Positions 25,417 through 36,659 of a stretch of DNA of 64,000 nt are shown here, piece after piece (the first letter of the stretch is position 1; each line of letters opens with the position of its first letter). The notes below the pieces were generated by a model that ran no database searches, was not told the DNA's origin, and worked only from the letters and a program-made list of their open reading frames with translations. The stretch is from Phyllosticta citribraziliensis (taxonomy: Eukaryota): positions 2,294,001 to 2,358,000 of the forward strand of contig NW_027117341.1 in NCBI RefSeq assembly GCF_038025025.1, written 5' to 3'. Both the position numbers and the translations under genes were made by a program.

Positions 25417-26264
25417 CTACTCCTTGAGCATTGCATCAGTCGTGTCGATCGTACGCTGCTTCCATTCGTTTTTCTTGAGCTCGAGCTCGGCGACCCTGGC
25501 CTGCGCTTCCTTCTCGGCGTTCTCAGCTAACATCAGCTTGCGCTCAAGCTTAGCGACCCTGCCCTGGACGATGCCCTTATTTGCAGCTGGCATCTGCCTG
25601 CGCTCAAGCTCGGTGACCCTGGCCTCTATCTCCTGGACGCTGCTCTCATTTTCAGCTGACATCTGCCTGCGCTCAAGCTCGGTGATCCTGGCCTACAACT
25701 CCTGGACGCCGCTCTCGGCGTTTTCACAGCGGTTCCCCCATTCAATGTTGATGCGGTTGATTCTGTCCAAGATGTTTATTATCCTGACGTTGTCCTCCCA
25801 CCCTGTCCCATCTGCTGAAATACGCCCTGGATCTCGCCTCTGATGTGCTCCAACTCGGCTCTCAATGCCTCAAGGCCTTCGGAGTGCGCGGCCTGCTGAC
25901 CCTGCGCAGGCGCCGACGCCTCCAGGGCATCGATACGGACTTGGTGTCGGTCGTGGCGGCGGTGGAGCAGCACCAGCTGGTCGAATTCACGATTGAACCT
26001 CGCCCATAGTTCTTGCCTGGCTCTGAAGTTGTTCTCCCGCTCCTGTGCCGTCTGCTGACGTACGTCCTGAATCTGGCCTCTAAGGCGCTGCAACTCGTTT
26101 TCGGTGCGCGTGGCTTGTTCCCGCGCAAACGCTTCCAAGCCGACCACACGCACGCTGCGTTGGTGGTAGTGGTGGTGGTGGAACATCGACTCGTAGAGCA
26201 TGCTAATGGCCACTTCTCTCTCGTCGTCAGGGTGGATCTGTATCGTGTCCAAGCTACGCGACAA
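25417..26264 (-). pseudogene. Long coiled-coil protein with ~20-23-aa repeats (ARVTELERR), disrupted
   Basis: Frameshift near 25800 and TAG at 25695-25693, where sister repeats have GAG/CAG. Confidence 0.6.
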
Positions 26265-27843
26265 AGTGATGAGTGAGTGATGCAGATGATGTGCTATGGG
26301 TTGGGCTGCGTAGTCGTCGGTTGGCAGGATGCAGAGAATGTTGAAAGGTAGCCCTCAGCGCCCGGTCATGTCTTGGTATTCACCCAACCCCTCCGGCCGC
26401 CCCCTGAAGAGAATAAACAGAAAGAAAAAAGAAAGGAGACAAATGAGACCGTCCGGACGGCCGGATCATGTTGCGCTCAGCCAAAGGGGAACACTCCCCG
26501 TCATTATCTCCATTGGCTGCTGCGGTGTTGTTACATCTTTCGGCCGTCTATCTTCTACCTATCTTGATGTCTCACGGAAGTTCTACTAAATGTTCTATAA
26601 TAGGGGCACTCACTTAAACCAGGCACTCCTTGTGCGTGCTCTCAGACCATTATCTCCATCCACTAAGAGCCGCCGGGGGTGCGGCGCCATGGCGGCGGAG
26701 AGCGGCTCTACTCATTAAACACATCTAAAGCGCGCATACGGGCACTAGCAGCAGAGACAGGGGGTAGGAGGCAGGGGCATGATGATGCCGATGTTTGCGC
26801 TTACAAACAGACCGCATACAGGGAGCAGTCAAACACTCTACTCGCCCCAAACCGGTGATTCACTTCATCATCCAGCACCCACTCGCCCGCAACGCGTGTC
26901 ATTTGAAGCCATGTTGATCGGAAGAAGGGGAGCACCAAGAGAAGACGGAGAAAGAAATAATGACGTTGACAATTGAAACCATAAAGTGACTCGAATCAAT
27001 ACTCTAAATCAATCATGTAGGTGTTGGCTCTAGAGGTCCAAGGCTGCTGCTGCTGCAGCTGCTGCTGCTGCAGCTGCTGCTGCTAGGCAGCGGCGGCGCA
27101 CTGGTATTCATCTTCTCTAGAGCTGCACGTTGATGTTGACTGTTGGCGAGAAGCCATGCCATCTTTAAAAGCGGTCGATCGACTGTCGCAGCGCCTTAGG
27201 CGACGCTGAGTGTGCAGAGATGCGGCGGCGGCGAGCGTCGGCGTCGTCGGCTTCGTCGTAAACATAGAGACGAGGGGCCATGGTTCTCTGTCGGCGCTGG
27301 CCGTGTGCTAGGGAGGGAGAGGAGTCGAGAGGAGTGGAGTAGAGTGAGTGGATGGACGAGGAACGCAGAGCCAATAAAAACTGAAAAACAACGGAGCGTC
27401 AGTCACCCGAATTCCATATGCAGCGTGTTCCGTTTTCTTTTTGACGCTTGCGATTGTTCATCACATTCACCATGTCTAAGATAAGAGGAAGTGTTAGCCG
27501 CTCTCGTATCCCCGTCACTGTCACTGTCAGCCTGCAGGGCTATCCATACATGCTAACGCACATAGGCAGGTTGATCGACGCCAGGTGCCAACGCTTCCTT
27601 GCACTGTCGCCTGCACGCACATGGTTTTAAAAAATGAAAGTAATTGTGTGAACTGTCCATTCCACTATCTACTACTTTTTATCGAAACAAGAAAGGCAGT
27701 GGTTGAAGTGAAGTTTCTCTCATTCTGGGATAAATTACAATGGATGGCCAATATTTCTTGTGGCCTTTTGAAAGGCTTCTGTTGAAGTGGAGACTTTTGA
27801 AAGGAAAAGGGTTAGACAATTTACTGAGCTCAAGACTTTCTTC

Positions 27844-28371
27844 CTAGTTTTCTGAAGCATTGTCCTTGGTTCCTTCAACGAAGGAGACGGACTTCCTGCG
27901 CTTGGGCTTCGTATTTGCAGCCACCAGCACATCGGCAAAGTCGGTCACGGCCCTGGCGGCAAACTGCTCGTGGACCCACGCCACCCAGTGCGGATGGCCG
28001 GGCGCAACGCCGCCGCTGTTGTTGCTGTCGTTGCTGCCGCCGCCGCCGCCGCGGTACAGCCCGCCCATGTCGTGAATTTCGCGCACCAGGCGTGCGGCGA
28101 GCGAGCGGATGGCCGTCGAAGGCGAAGGCGATGGCGATGGAACGACGACTGGCACCGCAACTCCCGCGTCCTGCTTGCTGCCGTTTCCGTCACCATGGTC
28201 CAACTCACCGCTCACTGCGGCGTTGGATTTCGTGGTCCAAACTGGGGCCGGCGGGGTCGGAGACGGAGAGAGAGGCGACGCAGCAGTTGGATGGCCGCCG
28301 GCCGACGTTGGCGTTGGCGTTGGCCTTGCCTTTGCCCCTGTCATCCATCTCTTGAGCCACGAGCGCAGCAT
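27844..28371 (-). CDS. Small low-complexity protein with C-terminal KRRKSVSF (RVxF-type PP1 docking motif)
   Basis: ATG ORF with GC-rich codon usage; the motif is visible in the translation. Confidence 0.6.
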   Translation of the reverse strand: MLRSWLKRWMTGAKARPTPTPTSAGGHPTAASPLSPSPTPPAPVWTTKSNAAVSGELDHGDGNGSKQDAGVAVPVVVPSPSPSPSTAIRSLAARLVREIHDMGGLYRGGGGGSNDSNNSGGVAPGHPHWVAWVHEQFAARAVTDFADVLVAANTKPKRRKSVSFVEGTKDNASEN

Positions 28372-29961
28372 ATGATTTTTCAGGAGAAGTTGGCAGCAAG
28401 GGGCTGGCATGAGATAGACCAGCGGCCGCGTGGATGACGACCGGCTTGTCTACACGCGGGAAATACATGCAGGTGGTGGTGTCATTGGCTGACAAGGGAG
28501 CGTGTACATTGGTGGTAGCCTGTTTTGCGTCAGCCAACCAAGCGAGCAGAGATGCCGGGGACAGTGACACCTACCTCTTGCTCCGCCGCCTGGCCTCGGT
28601 GCAAGTGGCACCGCATCAATCTCTCCAAGACCAGTGTCCAAGCGCCGAAGCCCTGTCTGACCGTGACCGCGACCGCTAGCGGCTAGAAATAGCAGCAGCG
28701 CGGCAGGCACGCATTGCGAGAGGTAGGTCAGATGAGAAGTTTGCCGGGCGTCGCCGCCGCTGGGCGTGTCGTCTCCGTACGTGCATGCGTGCGTGCGTGT
28801 GTGCGTACAGGACCTCATGGCGTGAAGGAGACCTCCATTGCGCGCATCACCGCGGGCACAAGGCTTCTAGAAAGTCGAAGCTGCAATGCCATAGTAAGCC
28901 AGCGAGGGGGTACGGACAGAGCAAACGCAGTGTAGCAGCACGTGCCATGGTTTCGGCCCAACAACCAAGGAACTCGGCGGCCCCGATGACCGTGATGGAT
29001 TCAGGAGAGGCATAGCACGGTCCGGCGACTCAAGAAAATGCCAGACATGACAGATTGCGCGGCGTGAGGAGGGACAGTCTTTGTCTGGGACATTTCAGGC
29101 TGATGATGGATGGATGAAGTAGGGAGCCGCGGCAGAGATGGACGCCTAGCTGCCTGCTAGCAGAAGATGTGATGATGCTTTGCTCAAGGACCTCCCATCC
29201 TGTCGTTGTGAGCAGCAGCGCAGGCGGGTCGATGTATTTCTAACATCATGGATTCATCCACACGACGCCAGCCACGGTGGTTCGCTGCCTGAAGATGACT
29301 GCCATGGCGAGCAACAAAGCTACCGTTCGCTCGCGACTGACGCTGACTATCAAGGCTTGCTGCTGTATTCGGCCGACGAACGACTCGAGGCCATGTTGTT
29401 GTTGTTGTTGTTGTGGTAGTGGTGGTGGTGGTGGGGCCGTCTTCGGATCTAGCGTGCGTGCAGTCGCTGGCTGGAACTGTATGTATTCCGGCTGGAAGGA
29501 AGACGTGGATGGATATCAACGAGGTGAAGTTCTGTCGAAGTAAACGACGGCCGAGAAACAATCCTCTTTTGAATGGCTCTGCTCTGCTCTGCTCTGCTCT
29601 GCTCTGCTCTGCGTCTTTTCCTCCTCCTGCCTATCATATGCGTCGACGTTGCCATATCCTTTCATTGACTGACGCAGTCGTCCAAACTTCTGTCGCTCGT
29701 TCGCAGCGTCGTCGTCAGTTAGAGCGTTCGTTTCAGGGCGGCATAGTCGTCAGGTGGTTGGTGCAGAGACTGGCCACCTGCATCATCCACGGCGGCATGT
29801 CTGCCTGCTGGAACGAGCCTTGTCTTCGGCATAGCCTGCCTCGGATTTTCAATTCGTGTAGCAGTCGTGATTCGTAGGTGTTCTGGTTCCTCGTCCGAGG
29901 CATGCTTGCGACTTGTGCATCAACGACTGACTTTGACATAGGACGAAGGTCACATTTCTAG

Positions 29962-30252
29962 ATGCTACCCAGACGTAGTAGTCCTGTTTGGAAATACACG
30001 GGAAATAAGAACGGGGAGAAAAGCGTCGGAAAAAGGAGAAACAAAGGCAAAAAAATCCAAAGTAGTACTGTTTGGAAATACAAGGGAAATAAGAAAGGGG
30101 AGAAAAAAGTCGGAAAAAGGAGAAACAAGGGCAAAAGAAAACGTAGTACTGTTTAAAAATACAAGGGAAATAAGAAAGGGAAGAAAAGTGTTAGAAAAAA
30201 GAGAAAGAAAGACGGAAAAAAAAACCCTCAAAAAGATTTCTTTGGCGAATGA
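29962..30252 (+). pseudogene. Lys/Arg-rich repeat peptide (3 x 27-28 aa, STVWKYKGNKKGEKKVGKRRNKGK)
   Basis: Repeat periods of 84 and 81 bp keep the frame. The third copy has TAA where copies 1-2 have TGG. Confidence 0.5.
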
Positions 30253-30419
30253 AGAACAGAGCACGGCAGACAGCAACAACAACAACGACAAGACCAGGCA
30301 AACACCATGAGGCGCAAGATTAGCCTCCTCAATCACCTCCGACCAGGCCATCCTTTGGATTGGACCTGTGCTGTGCACCTGGCTGGGGACAACCAATGCT
30401 CCCGAATCTATTCCTCCTC

Positions 30420-31430
30420 TTATGATGACTCGGGCCGCCTGCGCTCTTTCTCCCACTCGGGCCCAAGACCACCCTTCAGAAGCGAATCGCCCATGAGCCA
30501 GGCCAAGTGCCTGTTCCTGCGCACCGAGCGCTCTACCTCTTGGTCGATTTTGCGACGCTCCTCTTCCCAATCAAAAAAGTCTTGGTCACCAAAGCCAAAC
30601 CAGCCACGAGAGCTTCTTCGCAGCTGGCGGAAACAATCAGCAACCGTGTGGAATGGCTTGCTGAGCCTTTCGGCCATGAAGATGAGCTTGAAGTAGTCGT
30701 GGTCATCCATGTCCATGGCTTCATCCGGTGAAACTGGCCCATCATCCATCATGTCATCAACATCGAGGTCCTCGCCGTCGGCTAGAACGTCCAGATAGCG
30801 GCTCTTTTGCTCGTTCTGCAGGCATTGGAACCTCGCCGCCGTGTATGCATCGTCAAGTACACCCGCCACAATCAGCAGGTGGCGCTCAGAGAGATTGAAG
30901 ACGGCGCGGAGTCCCGGGGTGGATTGCGGGCCGCCCGGTGCCGTGCTTGTCGGGGGCTTTGCAACGCGATCCGGATGCCACAAGGCACGCACACGTCGAT
31001 AGCCTTTTCGAACAGCGCGGAGGCAGGCCCGGGACTCGGTGCTGTTCGGGGCGCGAGCGTTCTGCCAAGAGTCGGTCAAGTTGACTGGTGTGCCAAACAA
31101 GGTCCACGGATGCATCTGAGCCCCGTCGAGTCGCGGGCAGAGCCGAGGCAGTTGGAACATCCAGTCGAAGGCATCGGCTTGTGGAAGCATGGGAGGGGCA
31201 GGACAGACGAGTGTTGGCGGCGGCGGCGGCGGCGGCGGGGCGGGCGACGTGGCCAAGAAGTGGGCGAGCAGCGATACAAGCACGACCGAGGCGACTGTCG
31301 CGTATCCTGGAATGGGAAAGGGTCGGCGTAGAGAGTCGATCAAGGCGGAGAGCAGCGGCCAAGCTGGACGGGAGGCATTGCTGCCGACGCGGGCAGGGGG
31401 GCGTGCAGGGCGACGCTCACGCAAGGACAT
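30420..31430 (-). CDS. Membrane-anchored DnaJ/J-domain-like protein 2
   Basis: 336-aa ORF with TM segment ATVASVVLVSLLAHFLA and ACLRAVRKGYRRVRALWHPD..LDDAY. Confidence 0.75.
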   Translation of the reverse strand: MSLRERRPARPPARVGSNASRPAWPLLSALIDSLRRPFPIPGYATVASVVLVSLLAHFLATSPAPPPPPPPPTLVCPAPPMLPQADAFDWMFQLPRLCPRLDGAQMHPWTLFGTPVNLTDSWQNARAPNSTESRACLRAVRKGYRRVRALWHPDRVAKPPTSTAPGGPQSTPGLRAVFNLSERHLLIVAGVLDDAYTAARFQCLQNEQKSRYLDVLADGEDLDVDDMMDDGPVSPDEAMDMDDHDYFKLIFMAERLSKPFHTVADCFRQLRRSSRGWFGFGDQDFFDWEEERRKIDQEVERSVRRNRHLAWLMGDSLLKGGLGPEWEKERRRPESS

Positions 31431-31990
31431 GGTGTTGAGAATGGAGCGAAGGACGAGACACGAACAGAGGACGAGGACGAGGATGAGGACGAGGACGAGG
31501 ATGAGGACGAGGGAGGGCGAGTAGAGAGAGAGGTTTCTTTGTCTTGGTGTCCGTTTCCGGCGGCTGGGCCGGCGGCTGGCCGTCGCCCTGCAGATGGAGA
31601 TGGCGCCATGTCTCGGCTGTCTGTGTGTCTGTCTGTTGATGGCCGTCGGTCGTTCGTTTGCTTCAGTGGGGTGCAGTGGGTGGTGTGGTGTACAAGCAGT
31701 GAGTGAGTGGTTGGTTAAGGGACGGAGAAGGAGATAAGGTGGAGGGAGTACATGTCCGCTTTAGGCTCACCGCCGACGTCAACCTCGCCTCTGAAACTGA
31801 TAAAGGTACTAAAGGCAATGCAATCTAGCTATTAGATTGGACCAGACCAGTCTCGTGCTTTAGGGCCTGTCCTCAAGTTGCCGACTTGGTTGCATTTACT
31901 ATGCATCCAACTACCACGATTTGTCGCCATTCCTGATCCACTCTTCTAGCGCCGCCAAAGGTGGAATCCATTGCCCATGGTTGCGGCAAA

Positions 31991-32286
31991 ATGGCAGTGT
32001 CTGGGGCGAAGGGAGTCGTGGAGAGCTGGATGCTGTTGATCGAGCCACAACATGCTGGAGTTGTGCAGTGGACCAATGCCGCGGGGCGCAAGACGGCTGT
32101 GTGGCCGGCGTGGACCAAGTCATGGCTCCGTCAGGACTGGAGTGGCAACGTTGACGAACCGTCCGAAGCACGCAAGGCGACGATTGCGGCGTGGTATGCG
32201 CAGCCCATGCGATACGCTGAGGGCACCATGTTCGCCGACTTGGCCAGGGCCATGAACGGCGACGACCTTGGGCGACCAAGCCGCAC

Positions 32287-32319
<33 letters not shown>

Positions 32320-32626
32320 TCTTTCGACGTCGCCGCCGCCGCCGCCGCCGCCACCACGTCAAAGCAGCGCCAACAACACGGAGCGTCACTTCAGGGGCAG
32401 ACTTGCCCGGAACGATTTTGCATCGCCCCTAGAGCGCATGGGCTACGAGCGCTTGGTGCGGGAGCGCATCTCGTCCGAGTTGGCGAACCTGGTCCCCCGC
32501 CTGGCCAGGCGGGAGACTGTCGGTGGTGGAGGAGGAGGAGCAGCGCAGCGGCGCGAACAGACCCTGGAGGACGAAATCACCGCGTCGATTCGCAACATCA
32601 TGCGTGTCTTGGTCATGGAGCTGTGA
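31991..32626 (+). CDS. Hypothetical protein with poly-Q/poly-P linker and helical C-terminus
   Basis: Intact ATG ORF, convergent with CenH3. No family recognised. Confidence 0.6.
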
Positions 32627-32865
32627 AGTGCGTGCGTTGTGGTCTTGCGGAAGCGCGCGTGTGGGTGTGAGATGTGGCATCAGACTGTGGCATCTTTGCA
32701 TTTCTTATTTCTTTCAAATTGTGTGTTTCGGCTGCATGATGAGAATCAAAAACCAAGACTGCGGGAGTTGTTAGCAGAGCGCAGGTAGTTTCGTCGTCGT
32801 GTCTTAAGTACCAAGCAAGCCCTAGCAAAAGTCCGAATATCCTCAATCACTCATGTCGTGTCCCA

Positions 32866-33297
32866 TCAGAAATCGCCACCAAAGCCACCCGAAGCCCGAA
32901 TGCGTCGTGCCAGCTGGATATCCGCTTGCTTGATGGTCACGCGCTTGGCGTGCATGGCGCAAAGATTGGCGTCTTCGAAGAGCGACACAGCACAGGCCTC
33001 AGCGACCTCTTGGAGAGCCATGAGCGCCGATGACTGCCAACGGAGCGGAGCTGAGCCGGGCCTGGTCATGGAGGCAGTGATTTCGCGGACCTGGTGTGGA
33101 ACAGGGGGTCAGCGGCGGCACATGTGGAGGCCAGATGCACGTACAAGTCTCGCGAAAGGCGCCTTGCACACGAGGAGCTCGGTGGAGCTTTGGTAGCGTC
33201 GAATCTCGCGCAGTGCGAGTGCGCCTGGCTTGTACCTGCGGCGCTGCTTTGGCTGGGGTTGCGTTTGCTGTCTTGTTGGCTTCGACTTGGGCGCCAT
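32866..33297 (-). CDS. cenH3: Centromeric histone H3 variant (CenH3/Cse4/CENP-A), 125 aa; intron 33144-33091
   Basis: Spliced fold [83 protein letters not shown]. Shows the CenH3 diagnostics: A at H3-Q68, W at F84, non-T at T107, longer loop 1, non-canonical tail, GG-containing C-end. Confidence 0.9.
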
Positions 33298-33661
33298 TTG
33301 AGGTGCGATGGGGGTTCGACTCAACTCCAACTGATGGCGGAGAAGAGGATGGAGAGACCCGGCGCCGAGCAGAGAGAAGGCGAAGGCATTGCGGATGGAT
33401 GAGGCTGGGGTGAGCCTGGTGCCGAACTGATGTCGTTGGAGGTGAATGACTGAGGGAGACGGTGTGCCCGGTCAGCGCCCGAGGCGGAGGCGGGGGCGGA
33501 GCGGGGCGGACGTATATAGATGCCCCGCAACACCATTCTGCCATCACGACACCGCCACTGACACCGACACCGATACACACAAAAACAAACACACCTCCCT
33601 TGTCCTGTCTCCTCCTCTCCCCCTCACCAACGACACGAGACCTCCCTCCTCCACCGCCGCC
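33298..33661. promoter_or_regulatory. Probable bidirectional promoter between CenH3 and Scm3
   Basis: 364 bp between divergent ATGs; TATA-like TATATA at ~33513. Confidence 0.55.
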
Positions 33662-34345
33662 ATGCACGATGACGAAGACGACGACGACGACGACGACGAA
33701 AAAAGCGAGGATGACGTCTCACTCCACACAAAGCTTGCCCAGACCCAAGGACTGCTTGGCGCTCGCATCCGGGCCATATGCAACAAGTACGAGCGCGAGG
33801 CCATGCACGCACAATACGAAGCAGACGAAATTGACCTGGAAACATTGGAGGTTGTGACGGACAATGGCCATCTTCGCGGCATACAGGATTGGGACGACCG
33901 GGTCGACGACATGGAGGGTCAGGGGGAAGGGGAAGAGGAAGAGGAGCCGCAACGCGAAGAGGCGGCCCAAAAAACAGCATCCCCCGTCGCCGCCGTCGCA
34001 CAACGAGACGAGCCAACGCGACGCGGGTGGACTGCCGAAGAGAAGGCGCTGGTCGTAGACTTGCGCGACGAGCAAAAGCTGCCGTTCCTAGCCATTGCTG
34101 CACGGTTTCCCGGGCGGTCGGTCGCAACCGTCATCGCAAAGTACCACCACCTGAAGAAGCGAGGCGGCAGCGGCGGCGGCACAAGGATGTACAGGGTCTG
34201 GACTACTGAGGAAAAGTCGCTGCTCTGGAATCTCCGCAGTCAAGGCTGCGAATTCAAAGCAATTGCCGAGCGCCTGGGAAGAGCGGTGCCACAGGTCGTC
34301 ACTCGCTACAGGTCGCTGAAGAGGGAACATTCAGTCCGTGGGTGA
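33662..34345 (+). CDS. scm3: Scm3/HJURP CenH3 chaperone with two C-terminal Myb/SANT repeats
   Basis: LLGARIRAICNKYE..ADEIDLETLEVVTDNGHLRGI is the Scm3 signature (I..KY..DEIDL.T..V.DNGHLR). WTAEEK..IAARFPGRS..KY and WTTEEK..IAERLGR..RY are Myb repeats. A GTGAGT at 34342 could extend the gene. Confidence 0.9.
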   Translation: MHDDEDDDDDDDEKSEDDVSLHTKLAQTQGLLGARIRAICNKYEREAMHAQYEADEIDLETLEVVTDNGHLRGIQDWDDRVDDMEGQGEGEEEEEPQREEAAQKTASPVAAVAQRDEPTRRGWTAEEKALVVDLRDEQKLPFLAIAARFPGRSVATVIAKYHHLKKRGGSGGGTRMYRVWTTEEKSLLWNLRSQGCEFKAIAERLGRAVPQVVTRYRSLKREHSVRG

Positions 34346-34789
34346 GTCTGTCTCCCTGAGGTGCCCGCTCTCAGAGGCCTACGGATTACCATTGGCCGCT
34401 GGGCGTCATGCTGAACGACGGGAGGACGTTTACCTGTACCCACCTCACCCAAGAAACCCGGGATTGTTCTCGTCGATGGCGAGAAGGGCGCTGTGTAGTT
34501 GTTAACAATCAAGATGGCGTTGCAAATTCCAATGCGTAGACCTTCGTATCTTGTACCTATGCATTGCTTGCGTGCCGTTGTACGGTAGGTAGACGCGCCA
34601 TCACGTGCGCGCGCGGTTTGCTTGCCTTCCTGGTTGGCTAGGCATCAAGATGACGTCATCATTCTGTCCGTCACCTGCCCGGCCCCTGCCCTCAGGTCTC
34701 GCCCGTCCTCCCGTCGGCTGCACCCGGTGGCAGTTGCCGTCCGGCCAAGTCCTGTCGCCTCTCCCCGAGCCGTCGCTCCATGTCCACCA

Positions 34790-34892
34790 CGGCACCCTCC
34801 CTCTCTCCATGGCACCCTCTCTCTACGGCACCCTCTCTCCACCACCCTCTCTCCACCACCCTCTCTCCACCACCCTCTCTCCACCACCCTCC
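34790..34892. repeat. 14-bp tandem repeat (CCACCACCCTCTCT)n
   Basis: Directly visible. Confidence 0.85.
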
Positions 34893-35242
34893 ATCATTGC
34901 AATACGGCCGAGCTCCCACTTTCTCTCCCCAGACAGCTGCTGTGCACTGCCCTGGACCGACAAAGCAGAAGCACGCGCATCGGAGCACGAAGCCTGTGCC
35001 CCGACCATGGAGGCCAAGGGCCAGCCAGCCACTAGCATCTGGTGAGTTGAACCATCACACGTCGTGAGAATGACACCAAACTGACCCATTTCAGCCGACG
35101 AGGGACGACCCACACTCATGCCCTGCCCCCAAACTTCCACCACCTCACTCACCTGCGGTGCTGATGACGGCAATCCATACACCGGGGCTCAGAGCGCGAG
35201 AAAGGCAGCCGAGGCAGCAAACCACAGAAGTCGCGTCGTCAA

Positions 35243-35610
35243 GACAAGAGTACCAATACCACGTCCACGCCGCGCGCCCAGACATCCACCACGTCTCCTG
35301 CCGATGACGAATACCTTGGAAATACGAGCGAAGAGCCCAGCGCCCCAAAATTGCTGCGCCAGAGCGCCAGTCGCTCGTTGCTGAATCGCCAGGGGCGAGA
35401 AGAGCAGGCGAACAAGCAAACCGCAGCAGTCTCGTCGGGACAAGAGTACCAACACCACGTCCACGCTGCGCGCCCAGACATCCACCACATCTCCTGCCAG
35501 GGGCGAGAAGAGCAGGCGAACAAGCAAACCGCAGCAGTCTCGTCGGGATAAGAGTACCAATACCACGTCCATGCCGCGCGCCCAGACATCCACCACATCT
35601 CCTGCCGATG
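35243..35610. repeat. 108-bp tandem duplication plus a partial third copy
   Basis: AGGGGCGAGAAGAGCAGG.. at 35391 and 35499; shared AAGAGTACCAAYACCACGTCCA block three times. Confidence 0.85.
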
Positions 35611-36039
35611 AAGGTGATCCATATACTGGGGAGACACTCTGCGGCTTCTCCTCCCATTATGAGAGCAGAGACCCACCACAACAACACCAGAACCAAAATC
35701 AACACCCACTAGACCGGCAACACAACGCCACCTCAACAACACCCGGCCCTCGCCTCTCCAACGTCGACCCCCACCGGTTGTCCCTGACTACGCTCCTTTC
35801 CCTCCTTACCCGCCCTGGCACAACGCCAACCGCGAGACCGCTTCCGTCAACACTACTCCTGCACCCAAAAGGCACCACTCCAGCTTTACCCTCAATGCGG
35901 CGGGCGAGATTCAATTCGATTCACCTTCTGTACGCAGCGCGCTCAGCCCATTTCGTCCGCCACGGCCGCTGGCAGCCTTGACGCGCTGCGCACGCTCGGC
36001 GCCTCGCGCAACGCCTCGCCATCGCCGCAGCCGCCATCG

Positions 36040-36590
36040 CAGCGCCCGTCAATCTTGACATCTTCGAGACCAGCAGCCTCGACGCACTGCGCACGCTCAG
36101 CAGAGAATCCGCTCGCCGCTCACTCCCGGTAGTTACCTGCCAGTATCGTCAGCGCCCGTCAATCTTGACATCTTCAAGACCAGCAGCCTCGACGCACTGT
36201 GCACGCTCAGCAGAGAATCCGCTCGCCGCTCACTCCCAGTAGTTACCTGCCAGCATCGTCAGCGCCCGTCAATCTTGAAATCTTCGAGACCAGCAGCCTC
36301 GACGCACTGCGCACGTTCGGCAGAGAATCCGCTCGCCGCTCACTGCCGGTAGTTACCTGCCAGCATCGTCAGCGCCCGTCAATCTTGACATCTTCAAGGC
36401 CAGCAGCCTCGACGCACTGTGCACGCTCGTCCAAAGACTCCCAAGGCATACGCTGTGACTACACCCCCCAAAGTTCATCGTGGCCAGCGTCAGAGAATCT
36501 GCTCGCCACTCGCTTCCAGTATATTTGCCGGTAGTTCCCAGCCGGCATCATCAGCGCCCGTCAATCTTGACGTCTTCAAGACTAGCTTCA
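36040..36590. repeat. 110-bp tandem repeat, ~4.5 copies
   Basis: AGCGCCCGTCAATCTTGA at 36041, 36151, 36261, 36371 and 36553. Confidence 0.95.
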
Positions 36591-36659
36591 CGCGAATGAG
36601 AAAGAGACCCTTTAATTCCTTCAATGAGGAGGACCAGTCCCTGAGCAAGTATTATAAAA

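Noticed and set aside
32866..33297. Canonical histone H3
   Set aside because: There is no ARTKQTARKS tail, and it carries the A68/W84/A107 substitutions and an extended loop 1 typical of CenH3.
5773..33590. Ndt80 MSE (CRCAAAW) sites in divergent promoters
   Set aside because: They are present near 5775 and 33578, but such a short motif is expected many times by chance.
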